From the IMG/VR virus record IMGVR_UViG_3300036802_000085, positions 1 through 24,464 of that record: DNA of 24,464 nt; one strand, written 5' to 3'. The DNA comes from a virus (taxonomy: Duplodnaviria; Caudoviricetes). This document shows positions 9,079 through 17,827 of this stretch, in pieces. Each line of letters starts with the position of its first letter. Position 1 is the first letter of the stretch. Position numbers and translations under genes: made by a program. Under the pieces are notes generated by a model, which was not told where the DNA came from, did not search any database, and saw only the letters and a list, made by a program, of their open reading frames with translations.

Positions 9079-9234
9079 ATGAAAGTAATAGCTTTAAAAA
9101 GTTTTCAAAGTGTAATCCTTTCTATGGAAAAAGACGAAGTAAAAAAATTAGACATAGAGGCATCAATCTTAGAGGATTGGATTGCATCGGGCTTAATCGA
9201 AGAAGTTAAACCTAAAAAGCTGGCGAAAAGCTGA
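9079..9234 (+). CDS. Small head-associated protein (51 aa), not in the ORF track
   Basis: RBS TAAGGAG; MKVIALKSFQ...DWIASGLIEEVKPKKLAKS; TGATG overlap with next gene. Confidence 0.75.
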   Translation: MKVIALKSFQSVILSMEKDEVKKLDIEASILEDWIASGLIEEVKPKKLAKS

Positions 9235-9518
9235 TGAAAATTAGCGATGTCACCTTACTCGATTTAAAAAATTATGCTCATGTTTATCATGATGAGGATG
9301 ATATTTTATTCACTTCAATTTTAGCTGCGGGGAAAGCCTATATTAAGGGTCAAACTGGTTTATCTGACAATCAAATGGATACTCATGAGGACTTACCAAT
9401 TGTCCTGATGGTTTTATCTAATGAACTTTATGATAACCGAACGTTTACAGTCGAAAACGACAAAGTGAACACGGTTATTAAATCCATATTAGACATGCAC
9501 TCCATCAATCTTTTATAG
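9234..9518 (+). CDS. Head-tail connector (HK97 gp6-like)
   Basis: VTLLDLKNYAHV...DDILF...ELYDNR pattern; position after capsid. Confidence 0.88.
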   Translation: MKISDVTLLDLKNYAHVYHDEDDILFTSILAAGKAYIKGQTGLSDNQMDTHEDLPIVLMVLSNELYDNRTFTVENDKVNTVIKSILDMHSINLL

Positions 9519-9535
9519 GGGGCGATTTTTTTTTT

Positions 9536-9868
9536 ATGACTAGATATCAAATCAACCCCGGTGAATTTCGGCAGATTGTCACATTTCAAAAAAAGTCAGG
9601 TGTCAAAAATAGTTATGGCGAAATCGATAATACTTGGTCAGATGTAATAAAAACTCGGGCCGGAATTTATCCTGTTAGCGGTAAGGAATTTTTCGCAGCT
9701 GATACCGTTAATAGCGAAGTATCTCATAAGGTTAATATGCGGTATGTTCCAGGTATAACACCTGATATGCGAATAAAGTTTGGTGAGAGACTCTTTAGAA
9801 TTATCTCCGTCATAAACTTTCAGGAAAAAAATGTTGAGCTCCAGTTGTTGTGCGAGGAGCTGATCTAA
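9536..9868 (+). CDS. Head closure/head-tail adaptor (SPP1 gp16-like)
   Basis: INPGEFRQIVTFQ, SGKEFFAA, RYVPGITPDMRI motifs. Confidence 0.88.
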   Translation: MTRYQINPGEFRQIVTFQKKSGVKNSYGEIDNTWSDVIKTRAGIYPVSGKEFFAADTVNSEVSHKVNMRYVPGITPDMRIKFGERLFRIISVINFQEKNVELQLLCEELI

Positions 9869-10350
9869 TGAGAAGACAAACAGAAATAGTAGGTATGAGA
9901 GAGCTGGAACGTACTATTAGTCAATTAGAACAGCTACCGCAGAAAGTTGTAACCAAATCCGCGCGAAAAGGAATGAATATTGCTTTAAAAGCAGTTCGTC
10001 GGAACGCTCCTGAAGATACTGGAAACCTAAAGCGCGGTTTTAAATTAGTTGGTGAACGTTCAAAGGTAAAAGGAAGAAAAATTTATCAAGTTGTTCCTGA
10101 CCGGGGATTCAATCACGTGTTTCAAAAGCCTATACCAGACCCGGAAGCCGAACATCCCAGAGGTAAAGGAATTTATGGCGGCAAAAACGATACAGCTTAT
10201 TACCCAGCATCACAGGAATATGGTTTTTTAACAGCTAACGGTTATGTACCGGGATATCATTTTATGAGAAAGTCTATGGATGATAATGCCGGTAATATTT
10301 CAGAAACAACCATCCGTGTAATGACTGACGAAATCGATAAAATAAGGTGA
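9868..10350 (+). CDS. HK97 gp10-like tail completion protein
   Basis: APEDTGNLKR, YYPASQEYG, PGYHFMR motifs; ATG 9868 overlaps the previous stop. Confidence 0.85.
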   Translation: MRRQTEIVGMRELERTISQLEQLPQKVVTKSARKGMNIALKAVRRNAPEDTGNLKRGFKLVGERSKVKGRKIYQVVPDRGFNHVFQKPIPDPEAEHPRGKGIYGGKNDTAYYPASQEYGFLTANGYVPGYHFMRKSMDDNAGNISETTIRVMTDEIDKIR

Positions 10351-10354
10351 TGAT

Positions 10355-10735
10355 ATGAACTTTGAGGAAGCGTTAAGGGCTGAACTTAGCACTATAACAG
10401 AATTAACTAATAAGGTGTTTCCCTTGAATGCAACCGAGGGGATAAAAGCACCCTATATTATTTATGTTTCAACCGAAGGAATTCAGGATAAAACCTTGCA
10501 AGGATATTTAGCTAGTAAAGAAATTGAATGTGAGATTAATATTTTGCACGACTCATACGTCAATTTAAAAAGCTTAACAAAACAAGTGCTAGCTAAGATT
10601 ATAGCTTTCCAGGGGCGGATAATCGGCGATAACGGCCCATTTATTCAAAACGTGACTTATGAAAAACCTGTCGAACTTTATGAATCACTAGTTTTTCTTT
10701 ATCGATGTGTTATAAATACGAAATTTAAAATTTAG
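10355..10735 (+). CDS. Tail terminator/completion protein (DUF3168-like)
   Basis: VFPLNA...APYIIY pattern; directly before the tail tube gene. Confidence 0.75.
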   Translation: MNFEEALRAELSTITELTNKVFPLNATEGIKAPYIIYVSTEGIQDKTLQGYLASKEIECEINILHDSYVNLKSLTKQVLAKIIAFQGRIIGDNGPFIQNVTYEKPVELYESLVFLYRCVINTKFKI

Positions 10736-10746
10736 GAGTTGATCAT

Positions 10747-11451
10747 ATGCCAGCACAAGCTGCAATGGGTACAAAATTACTTGTCGGCGCAAACAGTGTG
10801 GCCGATCTCGAGAGTATCGGAGGTCTTGATTTAAAAGCAGATACGATCGAAACAACCACGTTAGATAGTCAGGGTTGGAAAACATTTATACAAGGATTAA
10901 AAGATGCTGGGGAGGTTGCTTTAAGTGGATTTTTTAACATTGGTGATACTACCGGTCAGATTGCCCTTTACAATGCCTTTGGCACGGGTGCCCAGCTTGC
11001 CTTTACGATCCTTTTTCCATTCGGGGCAAGTTGGAACTTTAACGGTATAGTTACCGGCATTAAAACGGATGTACAAATGGCAGATGCAGTACCGTTCGAA
11101 GCGACAATCAAAGTAAGCGGGGCACCTAGTTTAGGATTAACACCTTCAGGTGGATTAACTGCACTAGCATTGGTTGGTGCAGCTGGTACGTTGACACCTG
11201 CTTTTAATGTTGGTAATAACCTTTACGCATTTAGTGGTGTAACTGCCGCATCTGTTACGCTCACAGCTACAGCTGCTAACCATGCGATTGCGTTATTCGT
11301 GGATGGAGTGCTAGCGCAAAACTTAACAAGTGGCGTTGCGTCAGCGGCTATACCTATTACAGCTGTCAGCTCTAAAAAGCTTACGATCGTCGCAAATGAA
11401 CCGAATAAAGCACCACGTGTTTACGAAGTTACACTTGTTAAAACAGCTTAA
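10747..11451 (+). CDS. Tail tube protein with C-terminal cadherin/Ig-like beta-sandwich
   Basis: IETTTLDS..WKTFIQGLKDAGEV tail-tube motif; C-terminal LTALAL..GTLTPAF...VTLTATA...YEVTL. Confidence 0.88.
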   Translation: MPAQAAMGTKLLVGANSVADLESIGGLDLKADTIETTTLDSQGWKTFIQGLKDAGEVALSGFFNIGDTTGQIALYNAFGTGAQLAFTILFPFGASWNFNGIVTGIKTDVQMADAVPFEATIKVSGAPSLGLTPSGGLTALALVGAAGTLTPAFNVGNNLYAFSGVTAASVTLTATAANHAIALFVDGVLAQNLTSGVASAAIPITAVSSKKLTIVANEPNKAPRVYEVTLVKTA

Positions 11452-11478
11452 AGACTAGGGATATCTCCTAGTCTTTTT
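11451..11478 (+). terminator. Intrinsic terminator after tail tube gene
   Basis: AAGACTAGG ... CCTAGTCTT stem followed by T run. Confidence 0.75.
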
Positions 11479-11504
11479 ATTTTGTGAAGGAGGAATACGA
11501 AACA

Positions 11505-11870
11505 ATGAGCGATAAAAACGATGTAATTATTATTAATCTTGACCGTCCACGTGTACTTAGGTTTGGCCATAAAGCATTAAAAAAATTGATAGCTGCAACA
11601 GGAAAGGATATCGAAAATATCGAGGTAAATGGGAACGACTTAGAAGAATTAGAGAAAATCATTTTCTTCGGGTTAGAGGCAGACGCTAAAGACCACAACG
11701 AAACTTTAAAGTTGGAAGACATGGAGGATCTGCTAGACAAAGCAGAGACCTGGGCAGAAATCATGGAGAAGATGCAGCGGGCTTTAAATGCCGCATTTGG
11801 GAGTTTTGCTGAAGATGAAAAAAACTTACTGGGGATTGTGGAGAAGAGCAAAAAAACCAAGAAAAAGTAA
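11505..11870 (+). CDS. Tail assembly chaperone (lambda gpG-like)
   Basis: RBS AAGGAGG before ATG 11505; acidic; between tail tube and tape measure; slippery A AAA AAC at 11819-11825. Confidence 0.85.
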   Translation: MSDKNDVIIINLDRPRVLRFGHKALKKLIAATGKDIENIEVNGNDLEELEKIIFFGLEADAKDHNETLKLEDMEDLLDKAETWAEIMEKMQRALNAAFGSFAEDEKNLLGIVEKSKKTKKK

Positions 11871-12175
11871 AATTTAGTTGGGAAAACTCTCTCAAATCTG
11901 CAATCCATCTTGGAATTAGTGTAGCCGATTATAACGAAATGACACCTTATGAGTTAAATCTATTTGTATCGGATTTTAATGATAAGCAAAAACTCATGAA
12001 CGAAGAAAAACTCACTTTAACATGGCTTGGAGCTTACTGGCATCGCGTTGAAAAATTACAACCTCTTAAAGAAATTCTGGGCAAACAACATGTGCAAAAA
12101 CAACAAATGACAAACGATGAAATGTTTAATATGGTCAAGAATTTAAATTCAGCTTTTGATGGTACCACATTTTAA
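11505..12175 (+). CDS. Extended tail assembly chaperone (gpGT-like) made by -1 frameshift
   Basis: The -1 frame is open from the slippery site: KLTGDCGEEQKNQEKVKFSWENSLKSAIHLGISVADYNEMTPYEL..., continuous with ORF 11939-12175, which has no RBS of its own. Confidence 0.85.
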
Positions 12176-12194
12176 AAACAGGTGGTGAGATAAT

Positions 12195-14582
12195 TTGGCA
12201 ATTGTACGTAACCTGATTGTACGTGGTGGCGCCGATTTTAGCGGTATGCGGCGGGGTTTGCAAGACGCACAACAAAATATTGCACAATTTAAAAACAAGG
12301 TTAATAGCACCTTAAAAGGTATCGCAACGATGGTAGCAGCGATAGGCATTGGCAAAGCTATTAAAGATTCGTTAGATTTTTATGATTATCTGTCCATGCA
12401 GGAAAATAGGCTTGCTGTTATTATGAGGCAACGAATGGGTGCCACAGATGAAATGACAAAAAGCATTAAAAGGTTTATATCTGCACAGGAAGCGCTTGGG
12501 GTTGTTGGTGTCGAGGTCCAGGCAGCTGGAGCACAGGAACTAGCAACCTATCTTGAATTATCAGACTCTCTTAAAACGCTTATCCCTGTGATGAATGATA
12601 TGGTCGTGCAGCAGTTTGGATTTAAAGCATCAGGTGAGCAAGCAGTAAGCATTGCAACTATGATGGGCAAAGTAATGGATGGGCAAGTAGGTGCATTGTC
12701 CCGATACGGATATACCTTTGATGCAGCACAAGAAAAAATCCTCAAATTTGGAAACGAGCAACAAAGAGCAGCTCTCTTAGCAGAAATAGTCCGAGATTCC
12801 TTAGGAAACATGAACGAGGCTATGGCTAATACTCCACAGGGCAGAGCAGCGAAGTTAGCAAATGAGTTTGCGGGTCTAAAATTTGAAATCGGAGTAACAG
12901 CATCAATATTTAGAGATATATTTATGCCGGTATTATCAAAAGTCATAAGTTTTGCCACGGCCGTAGCAGTCAGACTCCAACAAGTCGGACTGTTTTTTAA
13001 CGCCCTGTTTGGTAAAGGCTCAATATCTAATACATCAGATCAAACAAAAGCGACAGTAAAGCAGACCACAGCAGTAGGCGGACTCGGAAACGCCCTAGAA
13101 ACGGCTGGTGATAAGGCTAAAAAAGCAGGCAAAGATGCTAAAGGTGCACTAGCAGGTTTTGACGAGATTAATCAGTTGGCAGACAACTCTAACAGTGGCG
13201 CTGGGTCGGATGGTACTGGTGCCAGCGCAGATGCTGGCGGTGATTTAAGTCTACCAGACACAGGGGCAATACAAGATGATCTACCAAAAATCAGCGCAAG
13301 TGTGCAAGCGCTGGCTGATAAAGTTAGAGGCTATTTTAATAATGTCAAAGGCTTTCTGACGGGCGTGGGATCATTTATCTCAAAAAATAAAGACATTATC
13401 ATTAGTGCCGTAGCGGGTATTGCGGCGGGTTTTGCTGCCTTTGAAATTATCAGTAAGTGGTCAAAAATAGTAAAAGCCCTGCAAATAGCTTGGGAAGCAT
13501 TATCTCTTGCAATCACTGGTATATCATGGCCCATTGTTGCAGTGGCAGCATTAATAGCTTTGTTTGTCGGAAACCTTGTCTATTTGTGGCAGACAAATGA
13601 AAAATTTAGAGACTCTGTTCTATCTGTTTGGCAGCAGATCAAGGATTTTGTTATAAAAGTTACCTCTGACATGTGGTCGATTGTTAAGGGTGTTTGGGAT
13701 AAATACGGATCAGACATCGTTAATGGTGTTGGTGGATTTATGAAATCGATCCAAGCCATCATATTGAATTTGTGGGAAAGCTTTTTGAAGCCAGTTATGA
13801 AAAGCGGTTTAGAAATGCTCTCCAATTTGTGGGATAAGCACTTAAAAGGATTGGTAGCACAAGTCCTTGATTTTGTTGCTAAGTTGGTGAGTTCGGCATT
13901 GGAAATTTGGAACAAGTTTATATCCCCAATTGTTAACTGGCTAATACAAACTTTTGGTCCCGTATTTGCAACTGTTTTTAGCAACATCATAAAAATCATT
14001 GGTACAATCGTCGGTGCAGTCGCTGATGTAGCAAAGGGCTTATTTAAGGCTCTTGGCGGCATTGTAGACTTTATTACAGGAGTTTTCACGGGCAATTGGT
14101 CAAAAGCCTTGAACGGACTTAAAGATATATTCAAAGGTGTTTTTGAAAGCCTATATGCATATGTTAAAGCTCCATTAAATTTGATCATCGATGCGGTAAA
14201 TACGATGATTGGCGGTTTGAATAAAATCAATATTAAAGCTCCAGATTGGGTACCGGGTTTAGGCGGAAAAAGCTTTGGTATTGATATCCCTAAAATACCT
14301 AGACTTGCTAAAGGTGGTATCACTAACGGTCCTACGTTAGCAATGATCGGGGATAACCCAGGCGGTCATGAAATAGTATCCCCATTGGACAAGCTATCGG
14401 ATATTATCGCCTCTGCCGTAGGCACAGCAATAATGCAAGCGATGCAGTACAGCAAGCCATCAGGCAGTAACGGAGATATCTTACTAAACATTGATGGCAG
14501 GACGTTTGGCAGAATTATTAAACCGTTTGTAGAAATGGAAAATCAGAGGGTTGGAAACAACGTTAAATTAAATCCAATTTAA
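12195..14582 (+). CDS. Tail tape measure protein
   Basis: 795 aa, Ala/Gly-rich, periodic W/F residues, LAGFDEINQL and IPRLAKGG motifs; TTG start with RBS AGGTGG. Confidence 0.92.
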   Translation: MAIVRNLIVRGGADFSGMRRGLQDAQQNIAQFKNKVNSTLKGIATMVAAIGIGKAIKDSLDFYDYLSMQENRLAVIMRQRMGATDEMTKSIKRFISAQEALGVVGVEVQAAGAQELATYLELSDSLKTLIPVMNDMVVQQFGFKASGEQAVSIATMMGKVMDGQVGALSRYGYTFDAAQEKILKFGNEQQRAALLAEIVRDSLGNMNEAMANTPQGRAAKLANEFAGLKFEIGVTASIFRDIFMPVLSKVISFATAVAVRLQQVGLFFNALFGKGSISNTSDQTKATVKQTTAVGGLGNALETAGDKAKKAGKDAKGALAGFDEINQLADNSNSGAGSDGTGASADAGGDLSLPDTGAIQDDLPKISASVQALADKVRGYFNNVKGFLTGVGSFISKNKDIIISAVAGIAAGFAAFEIISKWSKIVKALQIAWEALSLAITGISWPIVAVAALIALFVGNLVYLWQTNEKFRDSVLSVWQQIKDFVIKVTSDMWSIVKGVWDKYGSDIVNGVGGFMKSIQAIILNLWESFLKPVMKSGLEMLSNLWDKHLKGLVAQVLDFVAKLVSSALEIWNKFISPIVNWLIQTFGPVFATVFSNIIKIIGTIVGAVADVAKGLFKALGGIVDFITGVFTGNWSKALNGLKDIFKGVFESLYAYVKAPLNLIIDAVNTMIGGLNKINIKAPDWVPGLGGKSFGIDIPKIPRLAKGGITNGPTLAMIGDNPGGHEIVSPLDKLSDIIASAVGTAIMQAMQYSKPSGSNGDILLNIDGRTFGRIIKPFVEMENQRVGNNVKLNPI

Positions 14583-14594
14583 GGCGGTGGGTAA

Positions 14595-14945
14595 ATGGCG
14601 CTTATAGCAATTAACGGGGTGGATTTACCCACTCCATCCGACTACCAGGTGGGAATTCAGGATTTAAGCAAAGCTGAACGAAATGTCAGAGGTGATATGC
14701 TTATTGAGAGGATTGCAACCAAGATAAAAATAGAGCTAGCATGGACATTTTTAACTGGTGCTCAGTATAGTCAAATTCTAAATCTAGTGGAACCGGTCTT
14801 TTTTAATGTCACCTATTTTAATCCAAAGAGCAATGCACTGAAAACAGGAACGTTTTATTGTGGTGATCGTCAAGCTCCAATGATGCGTTTTGATAATGGA
14901 GTAGCCAGCTGGAAAGACGTAAAATTCAACTTGATAGAAAAGTAG
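14595..14945 (+). CDS. Putative distal tail (Dit-like) protein
   Basis: Directly after tape measure; LPTPSDY...AERNVRG...FYCGDR...FNLIE pattern. Confidence 0.7.
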   Translation: MALIAINGVDLPTPSDYQVGIQDLSKAERNVRGDMLIERIATKIKIELAWTFLTGAQYSQILNLVEPVFFNVTYFNPKSNALKTGTFYCGDRQAPMMRFDNGVASWKDVKFNLIEK

Positions 14946-14955
14946 GTGCATAAAT

Positions 14956-16104
14956 ATGCTGGAAGTTAGTAAAAATTTTAAAGATGCTGTTTATGCGCCT
15001 ATCCGTAAGTTTGCAGCTAGGATGACATTTACTCTATTAGGTGTCCCGTTTGTTTATGACGATAAATATATCATCAGCATAAATCTTCTTGAGGAAATGA
15101 GCGTACTAAACAATACTATGCCATCCAACGAAATCAAAATCACGCTTGATAATACCAACCATGACTTTGACTTTTTAAATCTACAAAACATGCAGGCTAT
15201 TATTGCAAGTCGCCCAAAAATTGCAATTGAATTTGGAATTGTTTACGAGAACGGAACGATTGAATGGGTGCCCATGGGTATTTATTATTTAATCGAATGG
15301 AAAAACGAAACGGCAGCCATGAGTATATCTTTAATAGGAAGAGACAATTTAGATATGCTCTCTCAAATCTCCTATAACAATCTAGCGAGCAATACACTCT
15401 ATAATTTAGCGGTTGATATATTTACTAAAGCTGGAATTACAATTTACTCAATCGATGATAGCTTGAAAACAATTTCAGGTAAATTTATTGATCGATTAGA
15501 TAGCAGATCCGCTTTGCAACATATTGGTGTTGCTAGCAAAAGCGCAGTTTATCAAGACCGCAATGGTGCTATGGTTATTAAGCCGTTTAAGGTACTAGAC
15601 CAAAGTAACAACTACTTAAGTTTTGCTGGAACTCAAAGGAGTGCTTTAGGCGGTCTATATACTGGTGCAACGTCCTACCCAGCTGTTTTATCTGGTTTCG
15701 ACATGAAAATAATTAATTATGATAATATCTTTCAGGAGCCTGAAGTCAGTCTGGACAAATCAATTTATGAAGTCGTCATTAATATCTATGAAGCGGCTGG
15801 AACACGTGAAGTAGTTTATATCAATAATAGCATTGCAGGAAAAAACGGGGCATCTTTTAAAATAGACAATCCTTTAATCAATAATGAAGCACAGGCAGCT
15901 GATATTGCTGCATGGATTATTGCTGAAAGTAACTGGAATGCAGTCTATAAAACAATCTGGCGGCAAAATCCCATCCTTGAGTGTGCGGATATAATTTTGG
16001 TCGAAGATAGTTTTAATGCTAAAAAACAAACAAGGATTGTAAAACAGGAATTTGAGTATATAGGCTATTTGAGAGGAAACACAGAAAGCCGAGGTGGTAT
16101 TTAG
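14956..16104 (+). CDS. Baseplate hub/Tal-like tail protein
   Basis: Position after Dit; EWVPMGIYY, YQDRNG, IDNPLI, WRQNPILECADII patterns. Confidence 0.7.
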   Translation: MLEVSKNFKDAVYAPIRKFAARMTFTLLGVPFVYDDKYIISINLLEEMSVLNNTMPSNEIKITLDNTNHDFDFLNLQNMQAIIASRPKIAIEFGIVYENGTIEWVPMGIYYLIEWKNETAAMSISLIGRDNLDMLSQISYNNLASNTLYNLAVDIFTKAGITIYSIDDSLKTISGKFIDRLDSRSALQHIGVASKSAVYQDRNGAMVIKPFKVLDQSNNYLSFAGTQRSALGGLYTGATSYPAVLSGFDMKIINYDNIFQEPEVSLDKSIYEVVINIYEAAGTREVVYINNSIAGKNGASFKIDNPLINNEAQAADIAAWIIAESNWNAVYKTIWRQNPILECADIILVEDSFNAKKQTRIVKQEFEYIGYLRGNTESRGGI

Positions 16105-16640
16105 TGGCTTACAGTAAGAAGACTTGGAAAGACAGGATGGTGGAAAAACCGCTAACCTTTACCCAGGTTAACAATCCTGGCGGAACAATTACTTTAACAC
16201 CTGCGGAGGGAACAATTGTTGAACCTGGTACGCCAATCAATGCAGCAAACATGAACAACTTAGAGACACAATACGATCAAGTAATGGTGGATATTAACTC
16301 TCTAACTAATCCTCTCACCAGAGTAACCCCCACATTATTTAACAATTGGGTCGATAATTCTCCTGGTGTTTATCCGTCATATTTTGCAAAGGATGCAACC
16401 GGGGCAGTATTTTATTATTTCTGCCTTAAAAATGGTGCGACTTTAGCTAATGCGGTTCCTGTCATCATGCCATCTGGTTACCGTCCCCAAACGTCAATGG
16501 TGTTTGACGGTTATGCTGATGGTGGAAGTCCTTTTATCTATCATATTCTCAATGGTGGAGAGGTTAAGTTCTTAAGGGATTTCTCTCTTCCACTCGGTAA
16601 TTTTATTATATTAAAAGGATCTTATAAGGCGGGATCGTGA
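16104..16640 (+). CDS. Short tail fibre/receptor-binding-like protein
   Basis: N-terminal MAYSKKTWKD...GTPINAANMNNLE; C-terminal LFNNW...MPSGYRP fibre-like domain. Confidence 0.65.
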   Translation: MAYSKKTWKDRMVEKPLTFTQVNNPGGTITLTPAEGTIVEPGTPINAANMNNLETQYDQVMVDINSLTNPLTRVTPTLFNNWVDNSPGVYPSYFAKDATGAVFYYFCLKNGATLANAVPVIMPSGYRPQTSMVFDGYADGGSPFIYHILNGGEVKFLRDFSLPLGNFIILKGSYKAGS

Positions 16641-16924
16641 TGAGAAAAGTTCACAGATTTGATAAAGACGGATTTTATGTTGAGGATGTCATTTTGGAAG
16701 AGAATCAACCCACTCCCTCCGATTGCACTGAAATTTTAATGCTTGAAGGAATTTGGCTACCAGCAAAATTTGAAGGTGGACAGTGGTCTACAACTTTAAC
16801 GCAGGAAGAGATTGAAGCAAAACTAAACTATATACCGCCTCTTTCTGAAATAGACTTATTAAAAAAACAACAGGATCTCATGCAACAAGCAATTGATGAT
16901 TTAATCCTGGGAGGTGGCTTTTAA
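16640..16924 (+). CDS. Tail fibre-associated/assembly protein
   Basis: FDKDGFYVED...AKFEGGQW...C-terminal coiled coil; TGATG coupling to the fibre gene. Confidence 0.6.
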   Translation: MRKVHRFDKDGFYVEDVILEENQPTPSDCTEILMLEGIWLPAKFEGGQWSTTLTQEEIEAKLNYIPPLSEIDLLKKQQDLMQQAIDDLILGGGF

Positions 16925-17061
16925 TGGCATCCTACATGGGGCAAAGAATCATCGACGGGGTTTACACATACGATTATGTCATATCCAAGCGTCCAGACCT
17001 CAAAGCAGGGATTGACGCTTATTTAATATCGCAAGGGAAAGAAGATTTAATAACTCAATAG
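16924..17061 (+). CDS. Small 45-aa tail-associated protein (XkdX-position), not in the ORF track
   Basis: RBS GGAGGT; TAATG overlap; MASYMGQRIIDGVYTYDYVISKRPDLKAGIDAYLISQGKEDLITQ. Confidence 0.75.
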   Translation: MASYMGQRIIDGVYTYDYVISKRPDLKAGIDAYLISQGKEDLITQ

Positions 17062-17074
17062 AGGAGGTTTTATA

Positions 17075-17572
17075 ATGCCCGATATTAATCAATACACAGC
17101 TGGGACGGGGAGGAGAATTAAAGAGGATAATAGCATAATAAATTTAGCAGATAAAATCGACGAGATACACAAAGCCTTGGTGTTAAACAAAGACGCGGGT
17201 GTGCAGCTAACGGGGAGTAATGTTATACAACCTAGCGATATTCAAAGCCATTATCAGCAAACGATTCAAACACATAATGCGGTGAGCGTTGCGTTGAGTG
17301 GAAATTCATTGGGGGTATGGATAGATACCGATGGATTTTCAGATTTAGCGTTAAACTTTCTTAATGATGCTAACACAGCAAATCACGTTGATATTCAATG
17401 GTCGTTTGACGGTGCAACAATTCATTCACTTGAAACTCCATTGACAAATATTGCTCGTCAATATGGTGCGATAAGTATACAAACTAAGGCTCGATATGCA
17501 AGGGTTAAAGTTTATAACGATGATGCTGCACTCGCTCATACTATGTCTGCATGGGCTTACTTGAAAGCATAA
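17075..17572 (+). CDS. Hypothetical virion-accessory protein with predicted C-terminal beta-sandwich
   Basis: RBS GAGGAGG; beta-strand-rich C-terminus (VDIQWSFDG, KARYARVKVYN). Confidence 0.7.
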   Translation: MPDINQYTAGTGRRIKEDNSIINLADKIDEIHKALVLNKDAGVQLTGSNVIQPSDIQSHYQQTIQTHNAVSVALSGNSLGVWIDTDGFSDLALNFLNDANTANHVDIQWSFDGATIHSLETPLTNIARQYGAISIQTKARYARVKVYNDDAALAHTMSAWAYLKA

Positions 17573-17584
17573 GGGGGAATTATA

Positions 17585-17824
17585 ATGGCAAAGTTACAAC
17601 CGCCAAGTATTAATGGCGAAATGGATTTAACAGAAGTGCAGGCAACCAATATTCAAGTAAAACTACTCACAATTAAAAACTCATTTGTTGAAACAGACGA
17701 ACAGCCTGTATGTGATACGTTTTATCTCACTTCAACTTACAACAAAGAGAATGAATTTAAGATTAATGGTGATACATGTGAAATGCTATTAGTAGAGGAA
17801 GAAACTCCTATTGAGGAGGAATAA
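17585..17824 (+). CDS. Small acidic hypothetical protein
   Basis: RBS AAGGGGG; 79 aa; tight packing with neighbours. Confidence 0.7.
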   Translation: MAKLQPPSINGEMDLTEVQATNIQVKLLTIKNSFVETDEQPVCDTFYLTSTYNKENEFKINGDTCEMLLVEEETPIEEE

Positions 17825-17827
17825 CGA

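Noticed and set aside
13580-14323. Long antisense ORFs (also 7304-7852, 7800-8237, 11477-11908, 12548-12958)
   Set aside because: Shadow frames opposite well-supported structural genes, with no RBS or recognisable motifs
14323-14340. Palindrome CTAACG-GTCCTA-CGTTAG resembling the cassette-like sites
   Set aside because: Lies in the conserved tape-measure motif GGITNGPTLAMIG; coding constraint or chance is enough to explain it
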